DNA of 59,877 nucleotides from Paraspadella gotoi (GCA_051294375.1 CM119270.1:12703805-12763681), one strand, 5' to 3'. Shown: positions 1 through 14,200, numbered from the stretch's first letter. A program made the numbers and translations. The notes: generated by a model from the letters alone, not told the origin.

Positions 1-3000
1 ACATTCAAGTTCTGATAGTATTATTTCTGCTATTCTTCGTCTATGACTATTCTTGTGTTGACAAAAAGGGAGAGTCAATTTATAAAAAAAAAGGAGTGNN
101 NNNNNNNNNNNNNNNNNNNNNNNNNNNNNNNNNNNNNNNNNNNNNNNNNNNNNNNNNNNNNNNNNNNNNNNNNNNNNNNNNNNNNNNNNNNNNNNNNNNN
201 NNNNNNNNNNNNNNNNNNNNNNNNNNNNNNNNNNNNNNNNNNNNNNNNNNNNNNNNNNNNNNNNNNNNNNNGAGAGAAACAAAGCCGTCTGACATTTAAC
301 CGCACAGACGGCGTCTTACCAAAGTAGATTTAGATTCATGGAAACAATAACGCGTTGCAGTCAAGAAGCTCAGTCTGTTCTTTTGTTATTCGTTCATCGA
401 ATTTTGAAGACCAATTAATCAATTAATCAGACCCGTCTTAATTCGGTTTTTCTCACTATATATAATATGAGCTAGAAACATTTCTTTTTTTTTCGTTTTT
501 TTTTTTTGAAAGAAGTCCGACGTACTTAAAGAAAACAACTAAAACTCGCGTCTCGAAGGCATAAAAGACTTAAAGGTATTTATCTTCAGTCCGTCGACGC
601 CTAAAAATTGTACTCGTCTCTTCCACGTAATTTTGCCCCAAATTTTTTTTTTTCCGACGAGAAAAAAAAATGTAAAGCGAAGGCAGAACGAAATTGGTGA
701 TGAAATTGGTGATGAAATTGGNNNNNNNNNNATTTTTTTTTTTTAGTGTTGAAACAGTACAAGTAATGTAACAATGAGACGTCTCCTATTCTACAGAGGG
801 TAAGCGAAATATTCGAACGACAGGGAAAAGATTTTGACAAAGGGATCAAGGGTTTAAACCCCCCAAAAAAGAATTCTGCACAATTGAGATCGAAAAGTTT
901 TGTAGTCCTAAAACTGAATTTCTCAGGAGAGGATTAGGAGATAAAAATAATTCGAATCTTTTAAGACCTCTTATATATTGTATTGCCTAAAAGGTTTTTA
1001 CATAATTCTCTTTCATCTTTCATACCTCCGTCTACTGCTTTCAATGAAATTATCATATTCCATTTATTTCTAATTGATCCGAGACGATAGCCTCGGTTTA
1101 AAATCTCACTTCCTATCAGCGTGACTAGTGGAATTTCTTTTACCACNNNNNNNNNNNNNNNNNNNNNNNNNAGAGAGAGAGAGAGAAGATAAAGAAGGAG
1201 AGAAATTTTTTTTCCGAGCCGTTCAGGTGAAAAAAAAAAAGACGAGCCCGATTAAGAAATTGAAAAAAAAAAATAGGCAAAATAGGAAAAAACAAAAGAT
1301 AAGGAGGCAAAGGAGAGCGAAAGGCGAGAAGAGAGCAGAGAGAGAGGAGGAAGAGACGAACGAGAGAGAAGAAGGAGAGAGAGAAGAAGAGACGAGAGAG
1401 GAGAGAGAGCGAGAGAGAGCAGAGAGAGCGAGAAAGGAGAGAGAGTGGAGAGAGGAAAGAATCGTATTCCGATGTGCAAAAGAAAAAGAAAATATGAGGT
1501 TCACTGTTTCACCTCAGCTTTTGACCGGAAATCGCGAAGAAAAAACAATGATAGCATTTTCGTGCCCGAAAGCACATCCTACGGCAAAAGGATGTCGAAT
1601 GGATAATAAACAGTTAAAACTATATTTTCTAGGACCCAAATTTATTTGTTGATTGGCATCTTTTTAAATAGTTTTTTGTTCTTTCCCAAATCTTAAAAAG
1701 ATTTCTTTTAAGGGTTATTCGATAAATGATTTACTGTTCACTAAATTTGAGGCGTCTTTTAACCTATCTAATCGATTCTAACGTGAAATCCGTTCTTATC
1801 TAAGTTTGGAAAAGAAATTCATGAACAATAAACAGATTTCGCTTTTCATTTGCCTTCAATTTAGATGATAATACAATGAAAATGCCAGATGATGCCTCTC
1901 ACCTTTTCATTTGATGACAAGAGCGCATAGTCATATTGGTTTTTTTTTGCGTCACAGTTGTTAAAACAGGTTAAAAATAGAGCTGCTATATTTTATTATA
2001 AAGTTTGCAGCTTTTTTTGTAGTAAATATCAAAAAGTTGAAAAAATAAAAATTATTTAGATTTAAAAAACATTTTGACGGGAAAGAAAATTTGTATCTTA
2101 TTTACAAACAACTGTAAACAAACATTCCTAAACGCCAACCGAAAAGAAGCAGTCACACAAATTTGAAAAAAATTGTATTATTAAATATATAAAATAAACA
2201 TATATATATATATATATAAGTTTCAGAATTAAAAAAAAATTCATGGTACCAGCTGTGACCTATAGAACACAATTCACCAACTAAATTTGCTACTTGCTAA
2301 GTGTGATTTAATTCACAGAGCTTATATAAAATTCAGCGCGAAATGAACCGAAACTGAAAACTTCATCTTGTCGTTTATTCCTCGCTTCGTTTTCCGTAAG
2401 TAAGTTAAAATGGGTCAATGTGGTTAAAGCGTGCTCGGAGTATATTCTTTTCGAGAAACGGAATTCAATTTCCGAGATGCTTAAAAATTAAGAAGAATTG
2501 GGCTTACGACAAACACCAACGAAATCATCTATCTTGATAATTTACCGTATTAAATACATTAGACAAAGCGAAAATCTCATTTTTTTATTTCATCGCGAGC
2601 TGAATACGAGAGTGCTCCGAAAGACGGTTTAATTATAATGGGAGGTTTCAGCAGAAACATTATTGAATTAAAGGAAAACATCACTTTTTGCTGCAACATG
2701 GTCAACGATTGACTTACTCAAAAATCGCTTACTTAAATTGATTAAAAGAAAAACCCAAAACATATTTATGTATGCCAAATTTCATAATCAATCGATTTAT
2801 ATGCCTTAGCAAGTGATAGCCTGGAAGAATATTGAAAGTAGTCTCTTAAATCTTTTATTCTTAGGCTCTTTTTGATACTTTATATGTTATATTATAATAA
2901 TGTAAAAACCATATTTTTAAAAAACATTTGAAAATTTTAGATAATTCACTTTTAACTTTCTTAAGAATCAAGGACTGGGCCAAGCTTGTTTTTTTAGGTA

Positions 3001-3439
3001 ACAGCTTTCGTAAGGTGTGTCATTCCTTCATATATTTAAGGCTTTCCAGAGCTATTAATATGATAATTAATCTAATAAATACTTTATCAAAAAGGTTAAA
3101 AGTTAAAAAAAATTAAATTTAGTTAGTTGGATAAAGCAACCCCATTTTAAAAGCCAACTTTCTCCACTCCATTGTCAAAGCCTATCTTAACTGACTCAAT
3201 ATAAAATATTAACACATAACTGAATTTAGTATTTCCTATAACTAATTTTTTAAATCAATGAAACATACACTGGTTTGCAAATGCAGCTGTTTCAGCCGCG
3301 ACTTTCTAATATTCCACTTTAAAATTTTTCATCGAAGTGAAAAATCCCTCAACGAGCGATGTGTTACTTCTGTGGATAATGCGCTAAGTGGGCTGAAGTA
3401 TGACTTATCCGTAACTCTATTAATCGCCCCATATGTATC

Positions 3440-3620
3440 TTATTGAACGGGTCCTGGCTTGGAAACCAGGCTTGCAGGGGGTGGCCCACGCCCCCAAGGC
3501 GCTTGAGGGCCGTCCTCAGCTATCCCGCAGGGCATCAACCAGGTGGATTTGAACCCGGTACCTAGTGGTCATGAGCGGAATGGCTTACTCAATGCAGCCA
3601 AAAACCGGGTCAGGTCTGAA
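3440..3620 (-). mobile_element. Probable tRNA-derived SINE
   Basis: Minus strand has an A-box-like TGGCTGCATTGAG (3600-3588) and a perfect B-box GGTTCAAATCC (3555-3545) at tRNA-like spacing, then a GC-rich body with a CCTGG..CCAGG hairpin. No complete cloverleaf is evident. Confidence 0.5.
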
Positions 3621-3902
3621 GGTGCTTATGCTTATAGCGGGACTGAAACCTAGGCCCAATGCCCGCAGCTACAACTCCACATATCAATTGGATCGCCGGA
3701 GTTTTTATCCCTGTCTCGTTACCGACCTTTTTAAATAAACATATATATTTATTAAATAAAATAGTATAATAATAGTTTTTGTTTTTCATTGCGTGCTACA
3801 TGTTCTGATTACTGGATGATAAAAAGGTTTCGTTTATCCTCATCCTTCCACTCCCCACCCCCCACCTCCATCCCTAGAAAGACCTCAGACTCTAAAACCA
3901 AA

Positions 3903-3996
3903 ATGGCCGCCTTAAGAATCGTCGCTCATCGCGTCGTTGCGCATCGCCGCCGTCCGCATTTGGCGGATCCTGGTCCTCGCCTGCGTCGACCAACAG
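3903..3996 (+). CDS. Candidate first exon encoding a signal peptide (frameshifted)
   Basis: AAAATGG start, GC-rich. With one indel it reads MAALR/SSLIASLRIAAVRIWRILVLACVDQQ, followed by CAG|GT. Confidence 0.4.
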
Positions 3997-4089
3997 GTGG
4001 ACAACCGATGCAATAATATTGTATGTTATGATATATTAATATTTTCAAAAATGTATGTTTACAGTATTTTAATCGTCATCCTCTTGCAG

Positions 4090-4246
4090 GAAAACTGTTG
4101 CCCATTTCGTGGAGGGAGAAGCCTGCCTAGGTGCAAACGAAACATGCTGCAAAAATCTGTCCCATGTCGTGCGTCATTGCGACGGAGAGTGCAATGACTA
4201 CGGGGATGGTGCTATGGACAGTACAAAAAGTGATCGGAAAACGGAA
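4090..4246 (+). CDS. Somatomedin-B-like Cys-rich exon (indel-damaged)
   Basis: TTGCAG acceptor and GTATGA donor. One frame reads HCDGECNDYGD and an upstream frame reads CLGANETCCK, fitting the SMB pattern CxCDxxCxxYGDCCxDY if small indels follow. Confidence 0.6.
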
Positions 4247-4883
4247 GTATGACATTAGAGCGAAGTGAAAGTCAAAAATGAAAATTCCAATTGTCAATTA
4301 TGAACAAACCACGTGAACATTAATTTATTAAAAAAATAATAATTCTTAATTTTTTAATTTCGCATTATTATACATATACTAACCTTGAAGAAATCCTAAA
4401 ATTTTAAAATGGACTTTGTAGTGGAGTGTTTATGTCAGATGGAATTCCTATATATATATATATATATTATATATATCTATATATATATATTAATATTAAT
4501 AAAAAAAAACTATATTTAATATACAAAAATAATTTTCAGCATTTAAATATAGGTTTTTTCTAATTTTTGACCAACTTAATGTAACGAATTTTTTAAAAAG
4601 AAGTTAATTCTCTTTTTAACAACTTTTTATGACGAATCCCGAAATCTGAAAAAAAAGTGGATTAAAACCATTTTGAAATTTTACATTATAGGTTAAGTAC
4701 CTATTTATAAATATAGTCCCTACTGCGTAAAATGCAAAATATAATGCATTTTTTAATATAAAGTTTAAATTTTAAACTTTTTACTACGCTTAATGTACAG
4801 TGTAGACCGGTTTAAAACTGATTTGTAAATAAATACAAATAAAATAGTAGTACAAGAATCATTCCATCCTTTTCTTTCCACAG

Positions 4884-4945
4884 GAAAGGCCGAATTGCCG
4901 TGCGAATCTGCCCGCCGGCTACATTGAACAGATATTGCAAGAAAG
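4884..4945 (+). CDS. Candidate exon fragment ERPNCRANLPAGYIEQILQE
   Basis: Strong acceptor TTTTCTTTCCACAG; GC-richer than flanks. Resembles the helix preceding HNxxR in CAP domains, but no HN motif or donor follows. Confidence 0.3.
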
Positions 4946-5804
4946 CTTGCGAGCCTTTGCGCTTTTTAAACTCCCTCTTTGTTGAAACTTATATTTTCGG
5001 AAATTAGCGAGTTTATAAAATTAAAATCACTTAAAATTCTATGTTACTCGTTCAAATTTTTAAAAGCAGAAAAATGCCTATATTATCTCTCTCTCTCTCT
5101 CGCAAACAGCAGTGTATTCACTGAATTCCAGTCAAATCACATGATCCCTTTTTTTTCTACTGAATCAGCTTCGGTGGTTTTTTTTCCCCCCGCAGAATTC
5201 TCGCGAGAGGAACCGAAGGTCGAGCAGCAGCAGCAGAGACTGTGAGAGTGGGCGGACACTGGCGCGTGAAGCAAAAACAGGGAAGACGAGAAGAGAGTTG
5301 AGTGAGTGAGAGGAGAGAGAGAGAGAGGAACCGGATAGGCGTGTCGTGAGAGCTTGAGGTCCGTCAGGGCTCACCGAGTCTTTTACCCCAAATGAGCACC
5401 AGTTTTTTCTCTTCAGTTCGGTTAGCGGGAACAGTGCGAAAGCAAAAAACTCAAGGTTGAAAAAAAGTCAGTAAAAAAAGTTAGGGTATTTAAGAATAAT
5501 TGGGATTACCTAATACACTACTAGAAATTAACAGTTATGGCCATTCGTCCGGCATTCTACGATTATTTCCAATCCGCTGCGCCAAAATGCTGACCATAGA
5601 ATTGAAATTTGTCGGTAATTTCACGAATTAACATTGAAACCTTATGCAGTATGCCGCAGGGCAAATCCTGCTTTGAAAAACTCGGGCAATCAAATGCTTG
5701 ATAAAATAAAAAAATCCTTGTTCCGTTGGTGAAGAAATTCAGGTTTTAAAGAAGCTTCGATGCCGCGAAGCTAGGAAAAGCCCAAACGCCAATCACCTCT
5801 CTCT

Positions 5805-5858
<54 letters not shown>

Positions 5859-6167
5859 TTTCTTAGTTTTAAATCTTTCCTCAAAAGAAAAAAAGTAATT
5901 GAGTGAAAATCCCGTCCCCTCCGAGAAAACCTTCCGTATGTTTTTAAAGTGAATTTTGAAAAAAAGGTTTTCTTCCTTCTTTCTTTTGCTTCTTTTTCCT
6001 GCATTATGAGGCGGGAGAGGGAGTCACAAAATCGTGAGGGATTCACGACTTCTAGCCATGAAAGGGATTTGCGAGTGAGAGTGAATTAATGAACTCCATT
6101 CAAAATTCGCTTGGCTCTGAATCATTGAATTACAATGAATACCGAATTGACGCTCGCTTCAAGAGCG

Positions 6168-6221
<54 letters not shown>

Positions 6222-6838
6222 TCTCTCTCTTCTCCTCCTCTCTCTCTCCTCTATATATCTCCTCATTTTCTGTCTATCTTCTCTACTTTCACTCATTCTC
6301 TTTCTTCTTGTCGTACGTTCCACTCTCCTCAGTGTTCCATCTTTCTTTTTACTTTTCATTCTCTCCTGAGCAAACTTCAATAAAAGAAAGAAAAATAAAA
6401 ATTGAATACACGTAGGCGCCCATACATATTAGCGTTGATTTAATGTCATAACTTAATCTAAAATATAAAGAAGCAAAAACAAGAATAACAAATAACAAAA
6501 ATACTACTGAGAAGAAAAGGTAAGCTTTTTTTCTGAGCAAAAGAGATAACGACAATCACAGACGTTTAAACATAATGGCATCTATTATGATAACATCTGT
6601 AAATTAACATCTAATAATATCAGCCTAATATCTGCTGTTCCCGATTGGCAAAAGAGGTATCATGCGACACTACCCTTGAGATTCGATAGTTTCACTTCAA
6701 AAACGTGGATTATGTTTTATCTGAAGATTAAACATACATCAGATTCTAGTATCCAACTATCCATCAGATGTATGGTTTTATTCATATATGAGCTTTCCTC
6801 CTGCTGCTTCCTTCATATCTTTGTTTTCCTCCATCTCT

Positions 6839-6921
<83 letters not shown>

Positions 6922-7111
6922 TCGCTTCTCTCTCTCTTTATCCCTGACTGGAACAACTTAATTCCGTCGTCAAGTCTCCCTCCGATTCGCTGCGTCCAAT
7001 ACGATATTGCTTCAAATAAAGTCTTCTCGCGTAAAAAAAAAGTCACTTGAAAAATCCGAAATATGACGCGCTTCTCTCTCTCTATTCTTTCTCTCTCTCT
7101 TTCTCTCTCTC

Positions 7112-7162
<51 letters not shown>

Positions 7163-7689
7163 CTCTCCTCTCTCCTCTTTCTTCTCTCCTTTCTTTTTCT
7201 CTTGTTTCTTTTTGGTTATTATATAACAGTAAAAAAACACTAATGATTTATAAAAAAAAGGACTCGACTGGATGATCCTGCCTATTTTATTATCTCGATC
7301 TCGTTAAACTAAAAATAACAATCGACTCCTCACACTCATGTTTTCAGGCTATTCTCAACCCCCCCCCCCCGCTTTCGCCCGCCCTCCTTCCCCACAGTCG
7401 AAGATAAAAGTGCAAAATCCATTTCGATCGCTCCTTGCCTTTTCATTTCCTTTGTCCCTTTTTTTGCATTTCCTTATCTCTTTATTCTAACTTAATGAAT
7501 CGTTGAGTTTTAGTTTTAGAAACAATGTAAACAGTTTGGAAAAAAATTTTAAAAACAACTGCATATACTTATATGAAATATACTATATGAAAAAACTTTT
7601 TTTGAATATTTTGGATCTAAATTGAAAAGAAAAAATTAAGAATACAAATGTAGTAAATATAAAGAAAAAAAATAAAGAAGAAATAGAAA

Positions 7690-8200
7690 AAGAAGAGAGA
7701 GAGAGAGAGAGAGAGAGGAGAAGGAAGAAGAGAGGAGGGACGAGAGAGGAAGAGCGAGAGAGAGTAGAGACGGGGGGCGGAGAGACCGGAGAGAGGGATG
7801 AGGGGCGGAGTGAGAGGGAGAAACGAAGAGTGGCCGATAGAAGAGGAGGAGGGGCGAGGAAGAGGAGGGGCGCGGGAGGAAGATGGGGAGTGAGGAAGGG
7901 TGAGAGGAGGGAGGGAGGAAGGGAAAGCATCTGAGTAGTGGAGAGAGGAGGAGGGGAGCAGGGAAGAAAGGAGGAAATGGAAGAAGGAAGACGAGGCAGA
8001 GAGAGGCGAAGGAAGAGAAGAGGGGTGGAGGAGGGGGGAGAAGAGGGACAGAGAGAGCGGAGAGGGGGTGGCGTAGAGGAGGGGAACTGGAAGGAAGGAG
8101 GGAGGTAGCGACGGCAGGAAAGATGGAGAGAGAGGGAGGAAGAGTGAGAGGAAGAGAGATGGTAAAACGGAGAGAAGAGTGAGAGAGGGAGAAGGAGAAG
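7690..8200. repeat. Long degenerate polypurine (GA/GGA) tract; representative of dozens of (AG)n/(CT)n tracts in the window
   Basis: Almost pure A/G. Similar tracts at e.g. 6170-6250, 6843-6935, 27679-27772, 30300-30405, 40687-40778, 41655-41730. Confidence 0.9.
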
Positions 8201-11200
8201 GGAATAGCGGATGTAATGTTTCCAAAGCAAAGTCTCTCCCTCTCGGATGTCCTTATTTATTCTTCCCCAAGACAGAAGCCGGAGAAGAAGAAAAGAAAAG
8301 AGATGAGTAAAGGAGAAGATTTGAGAAATGAAAGAAGATGTAGTAATTGCGAAGGAAGCCAGAAAAGGATTAATACAGGCGATTTTCCCCTCTCCTCTCC
8401 AGACTCTTTAGCGTCTAGCAGAGCCTCTTGGGCATCTCACTGCGTCCGTTTCTCACTCCCCAGATAGCGAAGTGAAAAGTAGCAATATTAATAGAAACAA
8501 ATCAAAAGAATAAGGAGGGAAAAGGATTTGTCTTGTTAAAAGCTAAGTTATGAGAGAAGAAAACGAAGTGGACAGGAAAAAAAGAGAGAGAAAGTAGGGG
8601 AAAAATACTCCGTTGCCGCACGCGCGTGAGAAAGCGTTACGGGACGACTACGAAGATGATGGGAGATGATATTGACGAGCAGAATTCGCAATAATTGTAC
8701 CGGTTACGAATGGAAGATTGAGGCGACGCGGAGATGGGGAACGAGGCAGCGAGCGGTACTGAGATACTAAGACTACGAAAGGCTACCGATTTAGAGACTT
8801 CGTGAGAGCAGCTGGTGGCGGATGTCGTCTAAGCATGTCTTGGTCCGGGAAATGGTGCAAAGGTCCACGGTCATATAGGTGGTTGGAGACTCTCGGATGT
8901 GTGCAGATTTAGATGATTTAGACGTCACTACCTCGCTGATGTGACGCCCACTGTGTTGATCCATATTTTAAGAAGAGAGTAAATGATGTGAGAAATAGGA
9001 GAAGATGAAAAGTAGATGGTATTACTATGAAAAGGAGAGAGAAAGAAAACGTATTTTAACTAAGAGAAGCATATTTATAGCTTCGTTCCACGTACGCGTC
9101 GTACTGTAACGAGAGGAGAAATTCGCGACATTAATGGAACGATCGTTCTGAAGACAGGTGCCGGTCGAGACTGTCCGGAGTGATATCCAGATTCTCTACC
9201 CAAGAGGAAGAGCAGCGAAGGAGCATACGAGGGCGCGGATGATTCGCATTGAGATGGAGATAGCACTATATAATCTAAATGCAAAGAAATGCCTAGGATA
9301 AGATCCCACCGACAGATCACTCTCCCAAACTCACTGAATTTTTCCTGTGCCTGCCAATGGTCCGCTACCTTTGCCATCCATGTAGCTTTTCTTCGCCCCC
9401 TATTGCATCGTTTCGTCGTGCTCTCCAGATCTCGTCTCTCTCCTCGGCACTGCATCAGAACCCGAGCCGTTCATCTACTCCCCTCCTACTCTCTCTCCTG
9501 CTATTCTTTCTCTTTCGTATTTTCATTAGAGTCCATGGTTCCTTTCCCCTTTCTCTCCTGTCCATTACTTGTACTTTCCGTTGCTTCCTTCCTCCTTTAT
9601 CCCTTCCTTTCTTCCTTTCTCCTCCCACACGTCCCCCTTCCTCCTTTTCTCATCCCCTGCTAGTTTTTCCTCATCCTTCCTCCTCTCACCGTCCCTCCCG
9701 CTCCCCATACTCCTCCCCCATGCTCTCCCTCGCCTCCCGCATCTGCTCTCCTCCCCATCCTCCGTCCCTGCACTCGCGTCCCTCCCCACCCCACTCCCCT
9801 CCGCACCTCTCCATCCCTCCCGGTCCTATCTGCTGCCGCTCCACCTCGTCACTACGTTTTCCTCGTGAATTATCCACGATGGTCTCTTCTGCCTGCCTCC
9901 GTTTAGATCATTGGCCGCCATCGGCATGGGCGGAGCGCTCGGGACAACAAAGCGGCCAGATTGTCTCTCCAACGTGTCGGCCGGCTGCCACGCTGGCCAT
10001 CCGCAACCATAGGACTGTGCCTTGGAAAAATCGCGAGAGCGTGCGCCTGTTCTTTCGGATCGACCGCGCTTTTTTTCTGGCGTCGTTGCGGCATATTTTA
10101 GAGTTGAATTTGTTTGAACCTAGAGGCGTTTGAGGGATTACCGTTCCGGCGTCTGTTGTGTGTTTCTATTACGGACGCCAGCCTGAGCCCGCCAAGCCGC
10201 CAAGAAGCTGCGAATTCTCGGCGGTGTCCAAATATCTTTCGACCCGGCGTTTCTGTCGGCCCGGTTTCTATGGTACGTAAAGAACTCCGATCGGTTCATC
10301 TGAAGAAATAGGGGCTCGCGGACAAGAACGAGGTTCCATCATCGAGTGCTTTCGCGACCGGCGCATTGTACTCTTCCGTGACAGACACCGACTTCGACGG
10401 ACAAGTCCCAGAGACGTAAAGAAGAAGAAACGACGACAAAGGGCTGGGCATCGGCTGGCAGGGTCTGCCATTCTGAGAACCGGAACCGTAGTGCCTAAAA
10501 GGCGACCAGATTGCCGAAGAAAGAGCAGGCGGGCCGAAAGAAAGGCTATTGAATGGAAAGGGCGCCAGTTAGGGGCACGTCACGGTTTGCAATGAAAACT
10601 TTTAGATTTAACCGCGCATGGGTCAATATTGAAAATCGGGATTGATTTCTTGTTTTACAATCGTGTTAAAATAATTTAACAAATCTTTCACGTCCACTAG
10701 ATTCTGTTTAGTTGTCCAAGAATTTGAAAACATGTGTATGAAGACAGGATTTTGTTTTTTAAATTTTCTCTTTTTTCCCGGAGAAAATCAGCTAAAAAAG
10801 GCGCGGAAACAAATCGAAATTTCAATCTAATAAAAAAGATGTGAAAGCGCGAGTGGAAAAGCCTAAATGTCTGCCGGTGAAATGGTTCGCAGTGATTCGA
10901 TCCAGAGAGAGTCCGATGACCTACGGCGGGAGAGGGAAGCAGAGAGAGAAGAGAGAGAGAGAGAGGAGAGGAGAGAGAGAGAGAGAAGAGAGATAGAGAA
11001 GAGAGTGGAGAGAAGAGAAGTAGGGGAAGTGGACAGGTGGGAATCGGGAATTTTCCAATTTATTTATTGTATTTTGTGTTTGAGAGATGAATCGGCGTAT
11101 GTTTAGGGTCTACTTGAGTGGGCAAGAAGAACCCGTGGGAGGAGTCACGTTGCAGCGACATACTCGAGTTTTGGCCGCATGTTCTGTTTGTCATCACGGT

Positions 11201-14200
11201 TGATGGTCTCCTCGGGCCCTTATCGGACGGCAACATCAAGACGCTGGGTCAGCTTTGAGGTTATGAGCTCTTTAGGCCTTAAAGTCTGAGATGCCCTCCT
11301 TCAATCTATTGTTTAGCAGCCTCGGTCCGATCGTCCTTGCGGAGCTCTGTCGGAGCTTTAAAGAGGTAAATCGCTTTGATACCCATTATGGCCACGGTCT
11401 TTTGCCAAGAGGCGTCCCATTACTTCCAGGTGAGGAAGGGATGCCTTAAGAAGCTGATTAGAAAGTGGAATTTAATTATCTATTGTGCGAAAGTCCCGGA
11501 AGGAGAGGAAACGGCCCTTTTGCAGGTTCTCCCCGGTCCAGCAAAAGAAGAGTTCTTCCAGAGAAAGGTAATTTCCTCTCCGATTTCGCACAGAGAAGAG
11601 AAGAAGAAGGGAAGGAGAAAAATAAGGTGTATTCTTCTTTTTCTCTTCTGTTGACTCAGGAGATTTTATTATCTTTTCCTTTCTTTTCACAAGAGAAAAA
11701 AAAAAGAAGGGATCGATTTCTCGGGTACATTATATTGGTGGGGGACGAATACTGAAATAAAAGAGAAAAGGGAGAGGAGGGGCAAAAATCAAGGAAAGGG
11801 GGGGCACGGAAGGGGGGGGAAGAAACTGAGGAGAAGAAGAGTCGGATCTTGTCAAGAACTCAGAAAGGATCGATGGGAGGCCGAGCCACCGAATGGGGAC
11901 GGATGGGCGGGGAGTGGAGGCTTCCTTGTTGTTGTTGTAGCCAAGCGACTTTTCGTAATGGTGGAATATGTCCTGATGGTGATATTGCCATAAAAAACCG
12001 GACGCTATCGATTAATATTAGGATGAACGATCTGACTCTCCTAAAGCGACCACTCAGGCGTTATGTGTTACTTTGTTACCTTTGTTTCCCGTTTACGTTA
12101 AGTTTTTGTGAAGTGCATAAAAAAAAATGAAAATTGATTAACATCAAAATAAACATTTTTCACTTGCCGACGGAAAATTCCAAATGTGAAATAAAAAAAG
12201 GGGAAGCCAGCAGTTTCTCTCTCATCTTTTTTATAACAAAAAACTTCAGTTTCTTACTCCTTATTTTCTATCTATTGATCGGTTGTTGTTTTTTTCGTGG
12301 AAGAATACGTCAAGGACGCGAGGTGCCGTCGCGATCTTTTTTGTTTACTCACGACAATACTATTGTATACTTCCTAGTTACTGTCATTCCTAATTGATCC
12401 GCAGAGGTTCGGCTGGGTGGGGGAGTGAGCGGCCGCGCCCCGAGACGATAGCCTCGGTTTAAAATCTCGCTTCCTATCAGCGTGACTAGTGGAATTTCTT
12501 TTACCACCCTCGCCTCGCCATTAACCACTCTAACGATGTCATTTACCCTCTTCCCGACTTGTCATTCACCAATCATGTTGCGCCATTTGTTTTCCGACTC
12601 GGGTCGATCGGCGACCTCGTTCCCGTTTGTCGTGTAAACAAAAGATCGCGACGCACCTCGCGTCCTCTGACGTTTCCTTCCACGAAAAACAAACAACCGA
12701 TCATAGATAAGAAATAAGGAGTAAGAAAAATGAAGTTTTTGTTATAAAAAAAAATGAGAGAGAAACTTGCTGCTTTCTTTTTTTTTTTCACATTTGGAAT
12801 TTCCGTCGGCAAGTGAAAAATGTTTATTTTGATGTTAATCAATTTCATTTTTTTATGCACTTACTATAAAACTTTAAACATAACGGAACAAAGTAACAAA
12901 GTAACAACATAACGCCTGAGTGTCGCTTTGAGAGTCGTCTTCATCCTAATTTCGATAGCGTCGTTTTATGGCAAATACCTCAGCTTCTTATCAAAGTCAT
13001 TGGCTACAACAACAACAACGAAGCCTCCACTCCCGCCATCGTCCCTTCGGTGGTCGGCCTCCCATCGATCCTTTTGAGTTCTTGACAAGATCCGATCTTC
13101 TCTCTCAGTTTCTTCCCCCCCCCTTCGGCCCCCCTTCCTTTTTTTGCCCTCCTCTCCTTTTTTTATTCAGTTTCGTCCCAAATATAAATTTACGAGAAAT
13201 CGATCTTTTTTTTTTCTTTGAAAAGAAAGAAAAAATAATAAAATTCCTTGAGTCAACAGAAGAGAGAAAAAAGAAACATATTTTTCTTTCTTCTTTGGAA
13301 TCGTAGAGAGAAAACTTTTGAAACTTTTGCGACCGGGAGACTGAAAAGGGTTCGGGACTTGAAAGAAATAAATACTTAAAGCTTCTTAAGGATCTTCAAC
13401 TGAATATGGGACGCTGCCAAAGAACGTGGCCATAAGTGGGTATAAAGCGTTACCTAAGTCCACAGGAGCCCGAAGGACCGAGGACCGAGGCCTTAACATA
13501 GATTGAAGGAGGCATCTCAGACTTAAGGCCTAAGAGCTCATAACTCAAAAGCTGACCAGGCGTCTTGATGTGCCGGTCGATAAAGGCCCGAGGAGACCAT
13601 CAACCAGATGACAAAAGAACATCGCCCAAACTGAGGTGTCGCTGCCAACGTGACTCCTCCCACGGGGTCTCTTGCCACTCAAGTAGACTAAACATAAGCG
13701 ATTCACTCTTCAAACAAAAAATAAATAAAATAAATTGAAAAATCCGATTCACATCCTTCCACTTCTCTCTCTCTCTCTCTCTCTCNNNNNNNNNNNNNNN
13801 NNNNNNNNNNTCTCTCTCCTCGTCTCTCTCTCTCTGCTCTCTCTCTCTTCTCCGCGGTCTGCGAGTATCGATCTGTGGAATCAATCACTCGGAACTGTTC
13901 ACGTGACAGAATGTTTTCACTCGCGTTTCACAGTCTTTTTTAATTTTAAATTTTTTCCGCCCTTTTTTGCTGATTTTCTCCGGGAAAAAAAGATAAATTT
14001 TAAAAAACAAAACTCTGTCTTCGATCACAATGTTATCGAATTTTGGACAATAAAAAGACATGGAGTAAAAAATTTATTAATTATTTTTAAAACTGATGAA
14101 AAAAGAAAATCCACCCGATTTTTTAATGTTACCCAATGCACGCTTAAATCTAAAAGTTTTCATTTGAAACGTTCGTAGTGCCCTTAACTGCTGCCCTTCG

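Noticed and set aside
689-721. GAAATTGGTGAT tandem repeat considered as CRISPR-like
   Set aside because: Short head-to-tail 12-mer with no spacers, next to a gap, in eukaryotic DNA.
7583-8230. Long ORFs rich in L/S/P or R/E (also 9357-10133, 39348-39857, 42130-42915 and others)
   Set aside because: Translations of (CT)n/(AG)n low-complexity tracts; no coding signal.
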